From Blasia pusilla (Eukaryota), in contig CM114271.1 in the NCBI GenBank assembly GCA_050084515.1, positions 26,908,001 through 26,972,000 of the forward strand: a DNA stretch of 64,000 nucleotides. The letters run 5' to 3'. How positions within the stretch are numbered: the stretch's first letter is position 1; each line of letters begins with the position of its first letter. A model generated the notes under the pieces. The model saw only the letters and a program-made list of their open reading frames with translations, did not search any database and was not told the DNA's origin. A program made the position numbers and the translations under genes. Positions 1-19,968 of the stretch are shown one piece after another.

Positions 1-84
1 GTACTAGTTGAACTTAGTACGTGAATGGTGTAAATTAGTGGGATTCTGGTGTTCTGATATAAGCTTGTGCTTATTGTCTTTCAG

Positions 85-3065
85 GAAGATATGAAACCAC
101 CAACAAAAAAAATCACTCGTGTGTTTGTGGCCAGGATTCCTCCCAGTGTTTCTGATGATATGTTTCGCAGGTAGTATGCTACTTCATGTTAAGATCTTGT
201 TGTCTCCATCATTCTCGAAATGCTTATTGTTCAGAAACGAGCAAACCATTCCGAAAGGGATGCAATCACTCAAGCTGTCAAGTGTCACGTACAGTGTGGT
301 GAGCAGTGCTGTCTTGCATGGTGTGTGTGGATTCAATCCTACTTTGGATCGTGTAGGCATCTCAGGGCCCCTCATTGCTCAATATGTTCACATCTTCTCT
401 TGCTTTGTTCTCTAGCTATTTCGAGAAGTATGGAACACTCATTGATGCGTACATGCCTAAGGTAAGCTTCAAACTTGTCCCATACCTCAACGATACAGAA
501 AGTTGGCATTTGATGAAGTTAAATAGATGTGTAAGTTTTTAATCTTTCTTACCACTTCTTTACCATAATGGGAAGTTGGTGAAAAGAAATTGCCGATGAT
601 AGGGTCCTCTTGATGATATCAGGATCAGATCACAAAGGCTCACAGGGGCATTGGATTTGTCACCTACGAGCACCCAGGTATGAATTATCTTGTAGAGATC
701 GGGCTGTATGTAGTTATTAGAAGGTCCAAGCATTTATCAAACATCAATTGAAGTTGCATGTTGTGAAGTCATTCAGTTCATTAACCTGTGAAATGGTTAC
801 AGGGACATAGCCGGTCGCATAATTTAAAGCAAATCTTGTCATTCTCTCACATCTTATTCCTTCGGATTTATGGGGCACCACGCCCTAAATGAGAGTTACC
901 CTCTGAGTGTTGGAGGACCATAAAGTGGACACTACTTTTTCATACTTAATTAGCCCTGAACCTGTGAAATGGGAACAGGGACACAGCTGGTCACATAATT
1001 TTAAAGGGGATCTTGTCATTTTCTCAAATCTTATTCCTTGGGATTTATGGGACACCCTAAATGAGACCTACCCTCTTAGTGCTAGAGGACCATAAAGTGG
1101 ACTATTTTTTTGTACTTCATTAGTCCTGAAGCAACTGATCTCAAGACTTCTTGAAAAGTTCACAAGATCTCACCAATTCATCCTACAGAATCGGTGGACA
1201 AGCTTATGAGTGAATCTCATGAACTTGCGGGTTCTACAATTGCTGTGGATCGAGCGACACCAAAGGTGAAATATGTTTTGAAGGTTTCCTAAGGCTGATT
1301 GTAGCCTTTCTAATTCGTTTTCTTTTGCCATCCCCTGATTGATGATGGTTCCTTTCTAGTGTTTTGACTTTGGAATAATTCACTTGTGGGGTTGAATGGA
1401 GGACAAGTAATTATTTGCTGGGTGCCTTGCATCATTTTCTATTGAAATAATATATCTCTTTTGGACATTTGACTCAACATCATTGGCATCCACCAAAATT
1501 CTCATTGCATGGCATCTCAAGTAATGTGAGTTGCTTTATGGAGCAATAGCCGAGTGAAGGGTCGTATCTCCCTTTACCGGATGGGAAGACTTACTGAAGT
1601 CATTCCAACTAATTACTTGCAGGAGGAAACTGCCAAACCATGGGGGAAAGCATTTCAAAATCCTTATGGTGCATATGGTGTCTACACCAACGCTGCCGCT
1701 AGATTTGGAGCATTTGGTGGAGCATTCTTTCCTGGGTACGACTATTCGGGAGCAGGCCTTGGGACTGACTTAGGTGGAGCAGGTATGCAGAACCCATTTG
1801 GTGCAAATGCTTGGCCTCCACCACCGGCGCCTGGTATGATGGCACCAACCATGGGTGTACCAGGGGGCAGTCCCGGTCCTAACTACTCTACACCTGCTGC
1901 TCCTGCCCAGTCGGTAGCACCATCGAAAGGACTAGGTACCCGGATTTTTGTGGGACGACTTCCGCCAGAAGCCACAGCTGAGGACTTGCGACGCTACTTC
2001 AACAATTTTGGTCGCATATTAGATGTGTACGTACCCAAGGTGAAATACTCAAAACCATTTTCTCCTTGCTTGTAATTGTGACATATTTTAGTGAAGTTGT
2101 GCTTCAGACTCCTGGTATGCCAATGTGAAAGAAGAAATTCATTACTTTTTGCTTGTGCTCTCATGCAGGATGCAAAAAAACAGTCACACAGGGGTTTCGG
2201 CTTTGTAACCTTTTCTGATGAAGGTGCTGCTGAACGTGTTGCTCTCCGGACACACGAGCTTCTTGGTCATCAGGTCTGACTTCTAGGTCCCTTAGATGTG
2301 AGCTTTGTTTGTCCAGATAAGGAGTGGCTATCCAGGAGTGGCCCAAGTTGCGTTATGTCCCCAATGCCCGGGGGTTTAAATTCCATGTTTCACATAGGCA
2401 ATCGCTTAAAGAATTCATGTCGATCTTACTGTAGTCTGTCAAGTTTCTGTTCCAAGAACTTTAGGGTTCCTGATCGTATGGCCTCCCTCTGCAGATTGCG
2501 GTAGATAGAGCAGCTCCACAAGATGGTGGTGGTCATGGTGGAAATCCTGCAACTGGGGCAAATGCAGCAGGGTCCCAATCTGGAGGTGCTGGAGGACCTA
2601 TGAGAGGAAACTTGAATTCAGTACCATCATCAGGTTATGGGAGTTTACCTGGCAGTCTAGACTACCATAATGCGGTAAGAAAATAAGCTCAAACAATTCA
2701 TATCTTTTTGTTTGTTTTTATTGTGGGTTTTGCGATTGTTAGGAATTGAAGCAGGAGTGTGTTGACTTTCTGTGGTGTGAGCAAGCCTTGGATACATTTC
2801 TTAGTTGCCACTAGGGCGGTGAGGTAGTGATAGGGTTTCTTAAATTCATCTGCAGTCGGGTTCAAGAAGCACCTAAGTTTGCTCCTAGTCAATTTGTGCC
2901 TGGGTTCAAAGGAGAGTTTTCACGGGTTTGTTAAACTGACATTTTCCGATTTCTTTTGGTCAGTGGGGGGGCTATGGAAGTGCAGGTATGGTTTCAGCAG
3001 GGGATGGGACAGGAGCACCTGGGCATCGAGCATCCAGGATAGAGCCACGTTACAGGCCATACTAG
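85..3065 (+). CDS. Multi-RRM (hnRNP A/B/Musashi-like) RNA-binding protein, 3' part; 5' exons lie upstream of the window
   Basis: GT-AG exons 85-170, 416-461, 623-677, 1189-1265, 1623-2039, 2169-2273, 2495-2674, 2964-3065 splice in frame. Two complete RRMs are visible (RVFVARIP...RGIGFVTY; RIFVGRLP...RGFGFVTF), with a Gly/Pro-rich linker and a C-terminus ...RIEPRYRPY* (PY-NLS-like). Confidence 0.9.
785..1130. repeat. Diverged ~175-bp tandem duplication inside an intron of the RRM gene
   Basis: 785-960 and 961-1130 align from cctgtgaaatgg through to ccataaagtggac...ctgaa. Confidence 0.9.
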
Positions 3066-4254
3066 AATTTTCATGAACCTGCAGTGCGTAGGACGCTTAA
3101 ATTCACAGTTATTATGAATCGGAAGTGATTTTAGTGACAGGAACGCCTTGTCCAATATGATGCTCCTGTGAAAATTACTTGTGGAACTAGAATTTAAAGA
3201 GGTTATTCATGCCCTTGGTGTGAGGTTAACCTTCGAAGGAGAGGTAAGTAGGTACTCCGAGGGTAGTACTTCAAGTCTGAAGTAGGATGTTATCTCTTGG
3301 CAGTTATCAGACCGTGAATTCAAATGATGTATTCTGTCTATAGCAATGCAGTTATGTATTTAAATAAAATTGTCCCCTAAGGAGTCAGCACCTGCCCTTT
3401 CCATATTTCTCCCTTGAACTTTGGTCTGTGGCTCAATTGTATCTAATCGTGTGCATCCCACACCAGTATGCCGTATTATTGACATCAAAGGAGTGTTCAA
3501 GAGTGAAGACCCAGCTGTCTTCTTTCCTTTTTTCAGAACGGTGGTTTGTTGATATCTTAGCCATGTTTCACTGAGCATTGCAATGATATTCCTGTACAAT
3601 GCTCAGTGACATAGGCTAAAGTATCAATGAGCATCGCATGGAGACCGAGGTCTGGTGTGAGTGTAAGGGTGGCTGGATGTCCGAAGGAGGTCTGCATGTA
3701 CATGCTGCCGACATATGGATCTGACATAAGAACCTGTGTGCTTACATTGAAAATTGTCTTGATACACTGTTACATTAGATAATAGTCACAGTTTGTCTGG
3801 TAATACTTCAACCTCCCCATGATTTCGTTATTTAAAAAAGGTTTTCGACCCATTGCCAGGAATAAAACTAAAAATCGAAACTTATCGTTTTTTTGCTTAC
3901 ACGAGCAACACCTAAAACAGAGGGAGGCATCATGAATTGTCATGAAGAAATATGAAACGAAGAGTGAAATAAGAAACGATAGTGAACCCTGTAATAGACC
4001 TCACATAGAGAAGCTTTGATGTGAGACACAAATTGCCGGTGCGCAAGTAACAATGAGATTCTATTTATTGTCCACATGAAACCCAAGTTTTCGATAAGAA
4101 GGCGGGGACGATGCGCAAAGTCCTTTGGCATATCTCCAATTTCAATATTAAAGTGCCAGAAAGAATTTGATGGAAAGTTAAACCCACAACATACTCTTCC
4201 AATTCGATGACATTTTGGAACACTACGGAACACAATGGATGCTGGTTATACTTT

Positions 4255-4392
4255 GAGAATGCCAATGTTTATGCACGACAACTTGTAGTGTAGTATGCAA
4301 TGGTGGAAAGTTCAAAGGATTACTTGGAGAATGCCAATGTTTATGCATAACAACTCATAGTGTGATATGTAATGGTGAAAAGTTCAAAGGAT
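4255..4392. repeat. Two-copy ~73-bp tandem duplication
   Basis: gagaatgccaatgtttatgca...aaagttcaaaggat occurs twice. Confidence 0.8.
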
Positions 4393-4859
4393 GTTTAAAC
4401 TAGTGAGCAGCCTATGTCATGCATGGGAGTGAAGGGGCTAATCTTGTTGGCAGAATATTTTTTTTCTTGGAGCCCATAAAATGGAATTTTTTTTCTTGAT
4501 GTCCGTTTGAGGAGAAATATTTTCTTGCTGCCCGGTTGCCACATGTCAAGCAGAGAGATGTTTGCAAATCAAGAGAGCACTCTCCCACAATAAAGCAGAT
4601 TTTGTGGCAAAATAAGTGCGCGTACAAGTTTCTCCAAGAGACTACATCCAAAGAGAGGAAGACTCTTACAATTTTAAGCCAAGATGAATGTATTATCCCA
4701 TCTTTACATCATAGAGGGAGTGTTACGGTGAAGTGTGCAAGAGGTAGGTTTGCAGTTTTTTTAATTTCCTCCGTTACCTTCTCCTCAAGAATCAATTTCA
4801 GGAATGCTTGATCTTGTTACAACCTAGCAAGATATTCCTTTTCGTATTAGCTTGATTTT

Positions 4860-5620
4860 ACAATAGTTTTTCCTTCTCCGTTGATGCCTACATAAGTTGT
4901 CTCTTAGATTCTTACTCTCAATTGGGTTCTTTTGATATTAAATCAATCATTTTTTCTTAAGTTCAATTTTTTCTTATCACTCTTAAAGTGATTTATGATC
5001 ATGAACTTACTTTTTTCTAACAATAATTTTCGCTATATGAATATGTTCTCGATGCATCCCACGCACTCCTATTATGGATGTCATCGTTATGTTCCTTTTA
5101 TTTATTTATTTTGGTTTACTATGTTCCATGTTGTCTTGGCAAACATCTTTATGCGTGATTCTCTTGCCATGGAGTTGGAAAATCCACCTCCTTGCTTATC
5201 TAGTTTTATACGCAATCCTTCAATCATGATCTCTTTCTCCCGTCCCCTCCTCAACATTTTCTTCATTACACTCTCTATATCTGTTCCCTATCCTCCTTTA
5301 TTTTTTTTCCATACCATCTTCCCATTTATCATAATCTCAATCTATTACTACCAAATGGTACTACTTTGCCATCCTTATACATCTCCTACAAACCCTTGCT
5401 CCGACTCTCCTGTTTTCTACCATAAACCACCCTCATCCTTCCTCAACTTACTTACTTGGGAAGTTATCCCCACATCATCTTCCATTATCATCTCATTTAT
5501 CTCCCTCTTCTCCCTCTTATAACCCCTCTCCTTCTACATCTATGCCAAAGGTTCATTTCATACATAAGAGTTTGCTCCTACTAAGATTAAAAAACCTAAG
5601 CAATATTTTTGATCCATCCA
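4860..5620 (-). mobile_element. Old degenerate TE remnant, homologous in inverted orientation to ~28950-30300
   Basis: 4940-5045 aligns by eye with the reverse complement of ~30105-30230. Both regions show strong purine/pyrimidine strand skew and no intact ORF. Confidence 0.45.
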
Positions 5621-5750
5621 TACCTTCAATCGGTAACCCCAATCGGTAACTCCTCCTTTGATTCATATACCATCTACTTAGATATAGTTGAGCCAAATTG
5701 ATCTATTTTGGTCTTTTCATCCTAACGAGGATCCTAGTCTCCCTCATCTT

Positions 5751-5835
5751 ATGTGAGTCATTACAATATGACTCACATAATACAAGTCTAAGAAAAAATC
5801 ATGTATTATGTGAGTCATATTGTAATGACTCACAT
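5751..5835. repeat. Perfect 34-bp inverted repeat built from TGAGTCA/TGACTCA motifs (probable CACTA subterminal remnant)
   Basis: 5751-5784 is the exact reverse complement of 5802-5835, with a 17-bp spacer. Confidence 0.85.
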
Positions 5836-8800
5836 TGATTCGTTACTACAAGAGTGTATTAATGTAATGGCATCTACTCATGCTTCAATAAGATAATTTG
5901 TTGAGGCATGACTCTCACTTTATTCCAAAACCTATGTGAGATATCACACTTCTACTCACACGATCCTCATGCAACAACCAATGCATGTGTGCCATAGCAA
6001 ATTGGACATCAATATTTTAAATCGGTTCTCTTGTTAGGTCCACCCTCATGGCATGCTCAAAAGAAAATATGACACCCAAGTATATGATGGTCTTGAGCTA
6101 TCTGTAGTAGACTGTCTCCACCCTAGGTTCACAAGCTAGACATGCTAACTTTGTTGAAATGTGTGAACTAGATGTGTATCCATACCTTGTGAAATCAAAA
6201 CTCACAGTTAGCTCATGATATGTTAAGTACCACTTAACAACTTGCATAATGCCTTGGGAGAGGAAGGGGGAGGTAACACCCAAACCTTGAATGATCAACC
6301 CTTGAATCACAAAACCTCTCTTCATAGCAAGCCAAGGTGGAGTGTTATATTTAACCAACTTAACTAGCCACACTCAATAAGATCATTATGTAAGACGGTA
6401 TGAAGACTACCCATCCTTGGCCTGGCTAAGCCCCAATTTTATGTTGCGAGGCTCTCCTTGACATTTGGGTATGTGATCTCCATATGTGAGTGGGATGAAG
6501 AGTCCACCACCAAGCACATAATACTATCTATTGACCAGTGACATCCATGTCTCACCATCAACTCTTCCAACATGTGCAACAATCGTGGAACCTTTCGAGG
6601 CACATCCCCTTGCATATCAACTTGATGTGGGAAAAAGTTAAGGATTTATGACCCATGCCCCGGATATAGTATTTGGTCGTGAGGGCGTGCATGCATAGTC
6701 TCATAGTCTAGTCCCATATGGCTCAACAGTTGTGAGGTGGCGGAATTGGAGTTGGAGGAAGTTTTTCTCTCTCGTATGAGTCTATTAAGCAATTGGAAAA
6801 ATCACTCTTGTAAGTTCAGAAGAAGCAAGAAGCTTGAGGGAGATGTCCGGGCACCGTGATACATGGAGATCCTTGATCCAAAGATCTCCACGTGGATCAA
6901 CCTTGACATTAGAGAACTGGCCGTAGAAGAAATCCTCCATGTAAACATCAAGGAACTAATCATTTGCCTCATGGGCATGCTTTTCATCACTCTCCTTCTT
7001 GTGATCCAATCTGCTATCAATGTTGATGAATCCTACCTCATCTTGGTATCCTCCTATGTTGCACCTTATTGGAGAGCTTGGATAATCCTTAAGAATCCTC
7101 TCAACCTTCAACTCCCCTTTTGAGGAAGACGAAACCAAATCTGCCACCATGAAAAGGCGCTCCAACTTGCAGTGCCTTCAAGATGGGGTAAGCCTCTATG
7201 CGTAGGTTGTAGACATATTGGAAAATGTTTCATATTTAGAGTTTAGGGAACCCCAAAGAGGAAAGAAGTAGAAATATTCGCAAACAAAAATGAAGGGGAA
7301 CATGTGCTTTATAACATATTTATGTGTAATAGATAAAATGATTTGCATGAGTCTTCACCATTTGTAACTAAAAAATATCTTCTCATTTATCTTTCTGGTT
7401 TTGGTAGTGATAGTAGAAATGTTATATCCATCCCGTTGCAAACTAAACTGCTCGTGTGGTCCCTCCTCGTACTTCCACATGGAATTTCCCTCAAAACTGT
7501 GACTCGATGAGTGAATGAACTTAACTATGTTAGCACATCGTACAAGATCATTGTCACATGGTGGATGAGGAACAAGGATCCATGATGTGATCATAGAGGC
7601 AAGAGCATCAATGACTCATACTTCAGGATATATCGCTGGACAAGACTCAAACATTATTGCATACCCTATATTCTTCTATACAAGCAACCTCTCGTCAATG
7701 AGTTGACATAGTTGTGTCGTGACTGATGAGGTGGTTTTGGTTTATGTGGTGATGTGATAGTTTTCAATCCTTCATGTTCTAACTTGGTGTGTCGAGCAAC
7801 ATGTACTAAGGGTTGATCAATGTGACAACAAGAATCAAGGAGCTAAATTGGGTAGTGAGATATGCAACCGATGGTTTTATCCCTTTTATAGTGGAAGTTT
7901 GGGGCCCTTACATGTGTCTTTCAATACTTCCTTGAAAACTTGTGCTCATCAATGTTTCGAGAATCATCCATTCATGTAATTCCTGCCTTCTTGTAGTCCT
8001 TCTCTTTTCGTCGTTACTAATTATTATCAACAATACATAAGGGTAGTAGTACAATACTACAATGTGCACAAGCATTTGTGGCAATTTTGTGCTTAACGTA
8101 TAAATGAATAGAAATGGTGGGTGATTGGACATCCCGTCGTCCGTTCATATTTGACCAACCAATCGTGTTTGTGTCAGATTTATTTCCAAATAATTAATTG
8201 AGTAGCTAGCTGATGGCCTCTGAGTTCTCAGTCGATTCACAATGCAAAGGCTACGAATGCAAGTTATTCCAATTATTCCCTCAACCGTAGGATGTGAATG
8301 GAGATGTGAACCAATTTAATAAAGACGTTTGGATTCACTCCGCTTTGGTTACCGCTTATGGATGTGATGTGTTAATATTTTTTTATTCCCGTACTAATAT
8401 TTTCTTTTCTCTATTCTCATTATGGTGTTAGTGTTTTTTATCACTTTATTCATTCCACTCCATTTTCTTTTTTCTTACTTTCTCCCATCCGTTGGTATCT
8501 TCCGTCCTATTTAATTTTCCTGACCATGGAACAAGTTAAAATCCAAAAACAAGGCCACTAATTGTTTTTGTTTAAAAATGAAAATATATGACAATACTTT
8601 AGAGAATTTTAGTTGTGGACCTGTCAAGAGGAAGGTATGTACTAGCACGAGGAATAAAAAAATTTAAAAATATATATTACCGGTCAACTTTACGAGGCAT
8701 ATGTGATAAGGAAGTAAATGAAACCGTACAACCACTGAAATGCCACCCTATGGAAACACGAAGAAAAAACTCGTGTTTGTTTATGAGAACATAAGTCAAA

Positions 8801-10677
8801 CAAGAAAGTCCCGTAACCGCAGCACGTGGCGGGCTTGGGACAAATTGCCTGTAAACTTCGGATCCCCCCATCAAACACACTGTTCCCGACAACTTTTAAA
8901 CTTTCAGGGAGTTTTAATTTTTTTTCAATATTATTAAAAGTTAATTGATTCTCTTGGGAGAGCTTTCGATGAATAAATTAAAAGAAAATTCAATCTCTAC
9001 TGGCTGATTTCATTTCACACCAAATGCCAAAAGAGCGAGCAGTGCCCGTACCCATCGCATCCATAAGCGACAACCCTTTTCCCTCCCTCCAGAGAGAATT
9101 TTCGTTATGGATTCGGAATCTCCCGTAAAATCCGCCGTTGTTGCTGTTTGCCACGGGCCTTACGCGATTCATGGAAATCTTTCCAGGTCAGCGCGGAACG
9201 GCATCCACTGGAGGGGCGGGGCGGGGGTATGACGAGTAGGCGTTCTTTCGTGGACAGGTGGAGAAGAAGCCAAGAATGCGCGTGAGTTTACGCTTCTCAA
9301 GAAAAGGATTTTTGTTTGATTTTAACTGCCCTGAAGTTGAGATACTGTGTTGTTATATCCTACAGCATCCATCGGGAGTCGTCGTGAGTGCTGAGACACC
9401 GTCGAGTCCTCGCTGACTTTCGTGTCCATCCCGGACTGACCGGTGTGGCCCGTCAGGGTATATCCAGGGATCGGGGCTCGTCAGTTTTCGACGGCATTAA
9501 GGACCGGGTCCCATGCAGAGAGGTCGACAGGATGTTTGTTGGAGACATTGTTAGGTCTTCGGTAAAATTCCCGCCCGAAATATAGAGGGCGCGAAATGGC
9601 GACCCTTTTACAACTATTTCCAACCGGCTCCCTGCAAGGTCGCGTAGACTTTCATTGCGACTTTGTAAGGAGCCGGTTTGCAATCTAGAATGCCGGTTCT
9701 ATACGCCCGTAGCCGGGGATTGAGGAACGTCTTTCGTCGAGCTTGTAGGTGGACACCATGTATATAACTACGTGGTGGTGCAATTCTATCGTTTATCAAA
9801 ATGGCACATCTAGCTCAGTTTTATATCAATGTGCGGCCTTTGCTCCGGGTGGAGAAGAGAGTAATTAACACATACGTGCATAGGACATGTGGATAGTCTA
9901 GATGGCCAGAAAAAAGCAACCAGCACTTATAGAGGCCCTAATGAGAAGTTTCCTCGTCGCATTTATGATAGTGTTGGTAGGGAGGAGGGGGTGTGTCTAG
10001 GTTAAGTATATGTTTGGTTTTTGTGGCTATATGATTGAAGCTAAGGTTAACATAAGCTGCATCTAAAACTCAAAATTTGTTTTTAATTCATTAATAATTT
10101 TGTTTTTGAGGAACATAACTTTAAAAAGTTCTCTTATGAAAAGAAATAGAGAATTCTATGATTGAAAAAAAAGTCTCAACGTGTACAACCAGTTCAAATT
10201 TTGAAAACCAAATTAAAAAATACAAAGTAATCTAAATAGATATAAGTAGATCAAGGTCCCCACCAAGTCCACACCTAAGTAAAGAATGAAATTTACTCTA
10301 TCTTTTGGCGTAGAGCATTATGATGTCTTGCAAGTGTTGGGAAGGCAACTAAGATACATACTACCATATTATGTTATAATTTATTAATTTGCAAACACCT
10401 CTTTACTTGTAAACGAGATAATAGGAAAATATTATCATAACACTAGAAAAATTTGATTACATATAACTTATCATGAATATTAAAATTTATTGACTTGTAA
10501 ACATCTATTCCCCACTTGGAAGCGGGAAAAAACTAAAAATATTAACAATTTTTGGGCATATGATTTTAGTATTTACTAAGAGGGAACCATCATTTATAGA
10601 CCATTTTGATATGCCATATTTAAACGGGTCTTTTATAGCGTATGTTTGGATGGAGCGACTATGCGCTCCAATCTCTC

Positions 10678-11085
10678 GCGCAGGTTACCAAGGGAAGGGC
10701 TATTTTTAGGGGAAGAGCCTTTCGGCTCTTCCCAACCCTATATAAGAGAGGAAGATGGCTTTCCTAAGCCATCTTTCTCATGTTGGACCGTTGGAGCACC
10801 TCCTTTGTATGTGTGTGAGCTAGGACTAGGTGCTAGCGTCCGAATTCCTTGATAGCACAGGGTGGACGAGGCTCGATATGCGGATGTAGATTGAGGAGTG
10901 GAGTTTTAGGCCGGGTGTACCATTTTTACTATTCTTTATTTTTGTTGTGTGATCTCCATGTATATGTATAAATTGATATTTGTATATGTGTGAATCGATC
11001 GACCCGTGTATGGGAAAGATCGATGTTGAGTGGTGTAGATATGACGAGCGATATATGATGTGTAACGATATGTTTGCGCACGACA
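10678..11085 (+). mobile_element. Isolated terminal-repeat fragment (A2-B2 unit, 5'-truncated) of retroelement family 2
   Basis: Aligns with ~25270-25679 and ~59080-59250; ends in ...gcgcacGACA; contains the same two hairpins. Confidence 0.8.
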
Positions 11086-12716
11086 TACTAGACAACAATA
11101 ACTTTTTCGCTTTCTCCTTATGATACTTATACTTTTGGTGCAAATTTGGTAGAGTGGATTCATAGGCAAGAGAATGAAAATTAAGCCGGGATGGTTTCTC
11201 CTTGTTCCCCTTTGATCATGGATGTGAATTGAACCTGGGATACGAATATAATTAAAACAAACTCACTCATCCGTACTCCCTTTGTGAATGGCTCGTTCTC
11301 GTTCTCCTCCGTGCTTTCCTTGCTCTCTTTACTCCTTATATCTCCGCATACTGTTGGTAAGGTAGGTACGGACGAAGTTTCCCCAACACCCAATTTTGGG
11401 CGTGAGTCACCTAGGTTGGTGACGGGGCTCGGCCTCACCTTCAAGTCCTGGAGCCGGAGATGGGCCGTTGAATTACTGCGACCCTTTGAGAGCCACTACG
11501 GCACACGTAGGAGGAGAGATGTGAATGGAGAGTTATGAGTAGAGTCCACGTGGATAAGTTAGAAGAGCCGAGCGGGAAACATCGGAGACTCGGACCATCC
11601 TATACACGGCGGGAGGCCCAAAAACGTACTCGAACATCGTCGGTGAGTCCGAAATCCTTGATATTAGCAAAAAACCGTCCGGAATATCCATTTGGTCGTA
11701 CAGCTAACTTCTAGGGGTCGTCGAAGTCGCGCTCCCTGGACCCTGCCCAGTCGCAACCCGCAGGTCGCCGCTGTTTTCGAGTTGTTATTCCCTCCTTGTT
11801 TGGCGGTTCCTTCTGGAAATGGGCGGTAGCAAAGGTTTCTAGCGGCGTGAATCCGGTTCAGGTCCCATTAACGTATGTGTGTCCCATCCGTCAGATCCGG
11901 GACCCATGAGGGTCCTGGCGACCTCACGGGTCCTTATTTATTTGGAGCGCGTAGGATCCTCGAGTTCGGGGTCGAGAGGACGCTACGCTTTCGGATTCTC
12001 GCAGATCGCTGTCCCCCCCCCCCCGTTGAGGGTAGATCGAGCGGCGCGTACATGTAGCGCACCGGACACCTGTCGCGGTGGGCGGTCTCGCATCGGTGCA
12101 GAGAACGCCACTGCGACTGGTGGCGAGTCTTACGTGGCAAAACTACGTCCAGAATCTAGACGGCAGCATTCATATCCATCGAGGCTCTGTCTTACGTGGC
12201 GCTGTGACACTCGGCGGCCCTGCGCCACCCGCGTCCTAAACGAAGACCGTTCCGGACTGGTCGCTTCGCCCGCTGGCCCGCTAGCGGCTTCCTGACACCT
12301 CACTCCTCCTTCCTTCCTTCCCGGTCGGTCCCTTCCCCTTGCCGCGGTCGATGTGAACACAACAACAGCACGAGCCTGCGAAAGTTCTCACGCTCGCTCG
12401 CTCCCTCGCTCTTCGGGGCGGACCGAATTTCTGGATTTGCTTGCGAAATCAATCGTTTTCTGAGCGGGGACGGCGAGAGGGGGTGCGAGGTCTGCTTCGC
12501 GGTCGAGAATTGGCTCACGCTGCCGCGGGACGTCGCATAAAATCGATTGTGGAGGCTTTTCTCGCCAAGTTGTGCGTCTCGTTGCTGTTGAAACGGACGA
12601 TTGGAGACGCCGTCAAGAGTGAGATTGGAGGCATCTTGGGACGGGAGTGGAGTCGTAGTTGGCGGGGGAGTTTCCAGGGCCACGGAAACGAGCGAGGAAG
12701 GAGCAATTGGAAGAAG

Positions 12717-19968
<7,252 letters not shown>

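Noticed and set aside
4278-4293. 16-bp identity (gcacgacaacttgtag) with the retroelement right junction at 58570-58585
   Set aside because: No flanking similarity; about one such match is expected by chance in 64 kb.
4995-5522. 175-aa hydrophobic ORF
   Set aside because: Product of pyrimidine-rich strand skew in a TE remnant.
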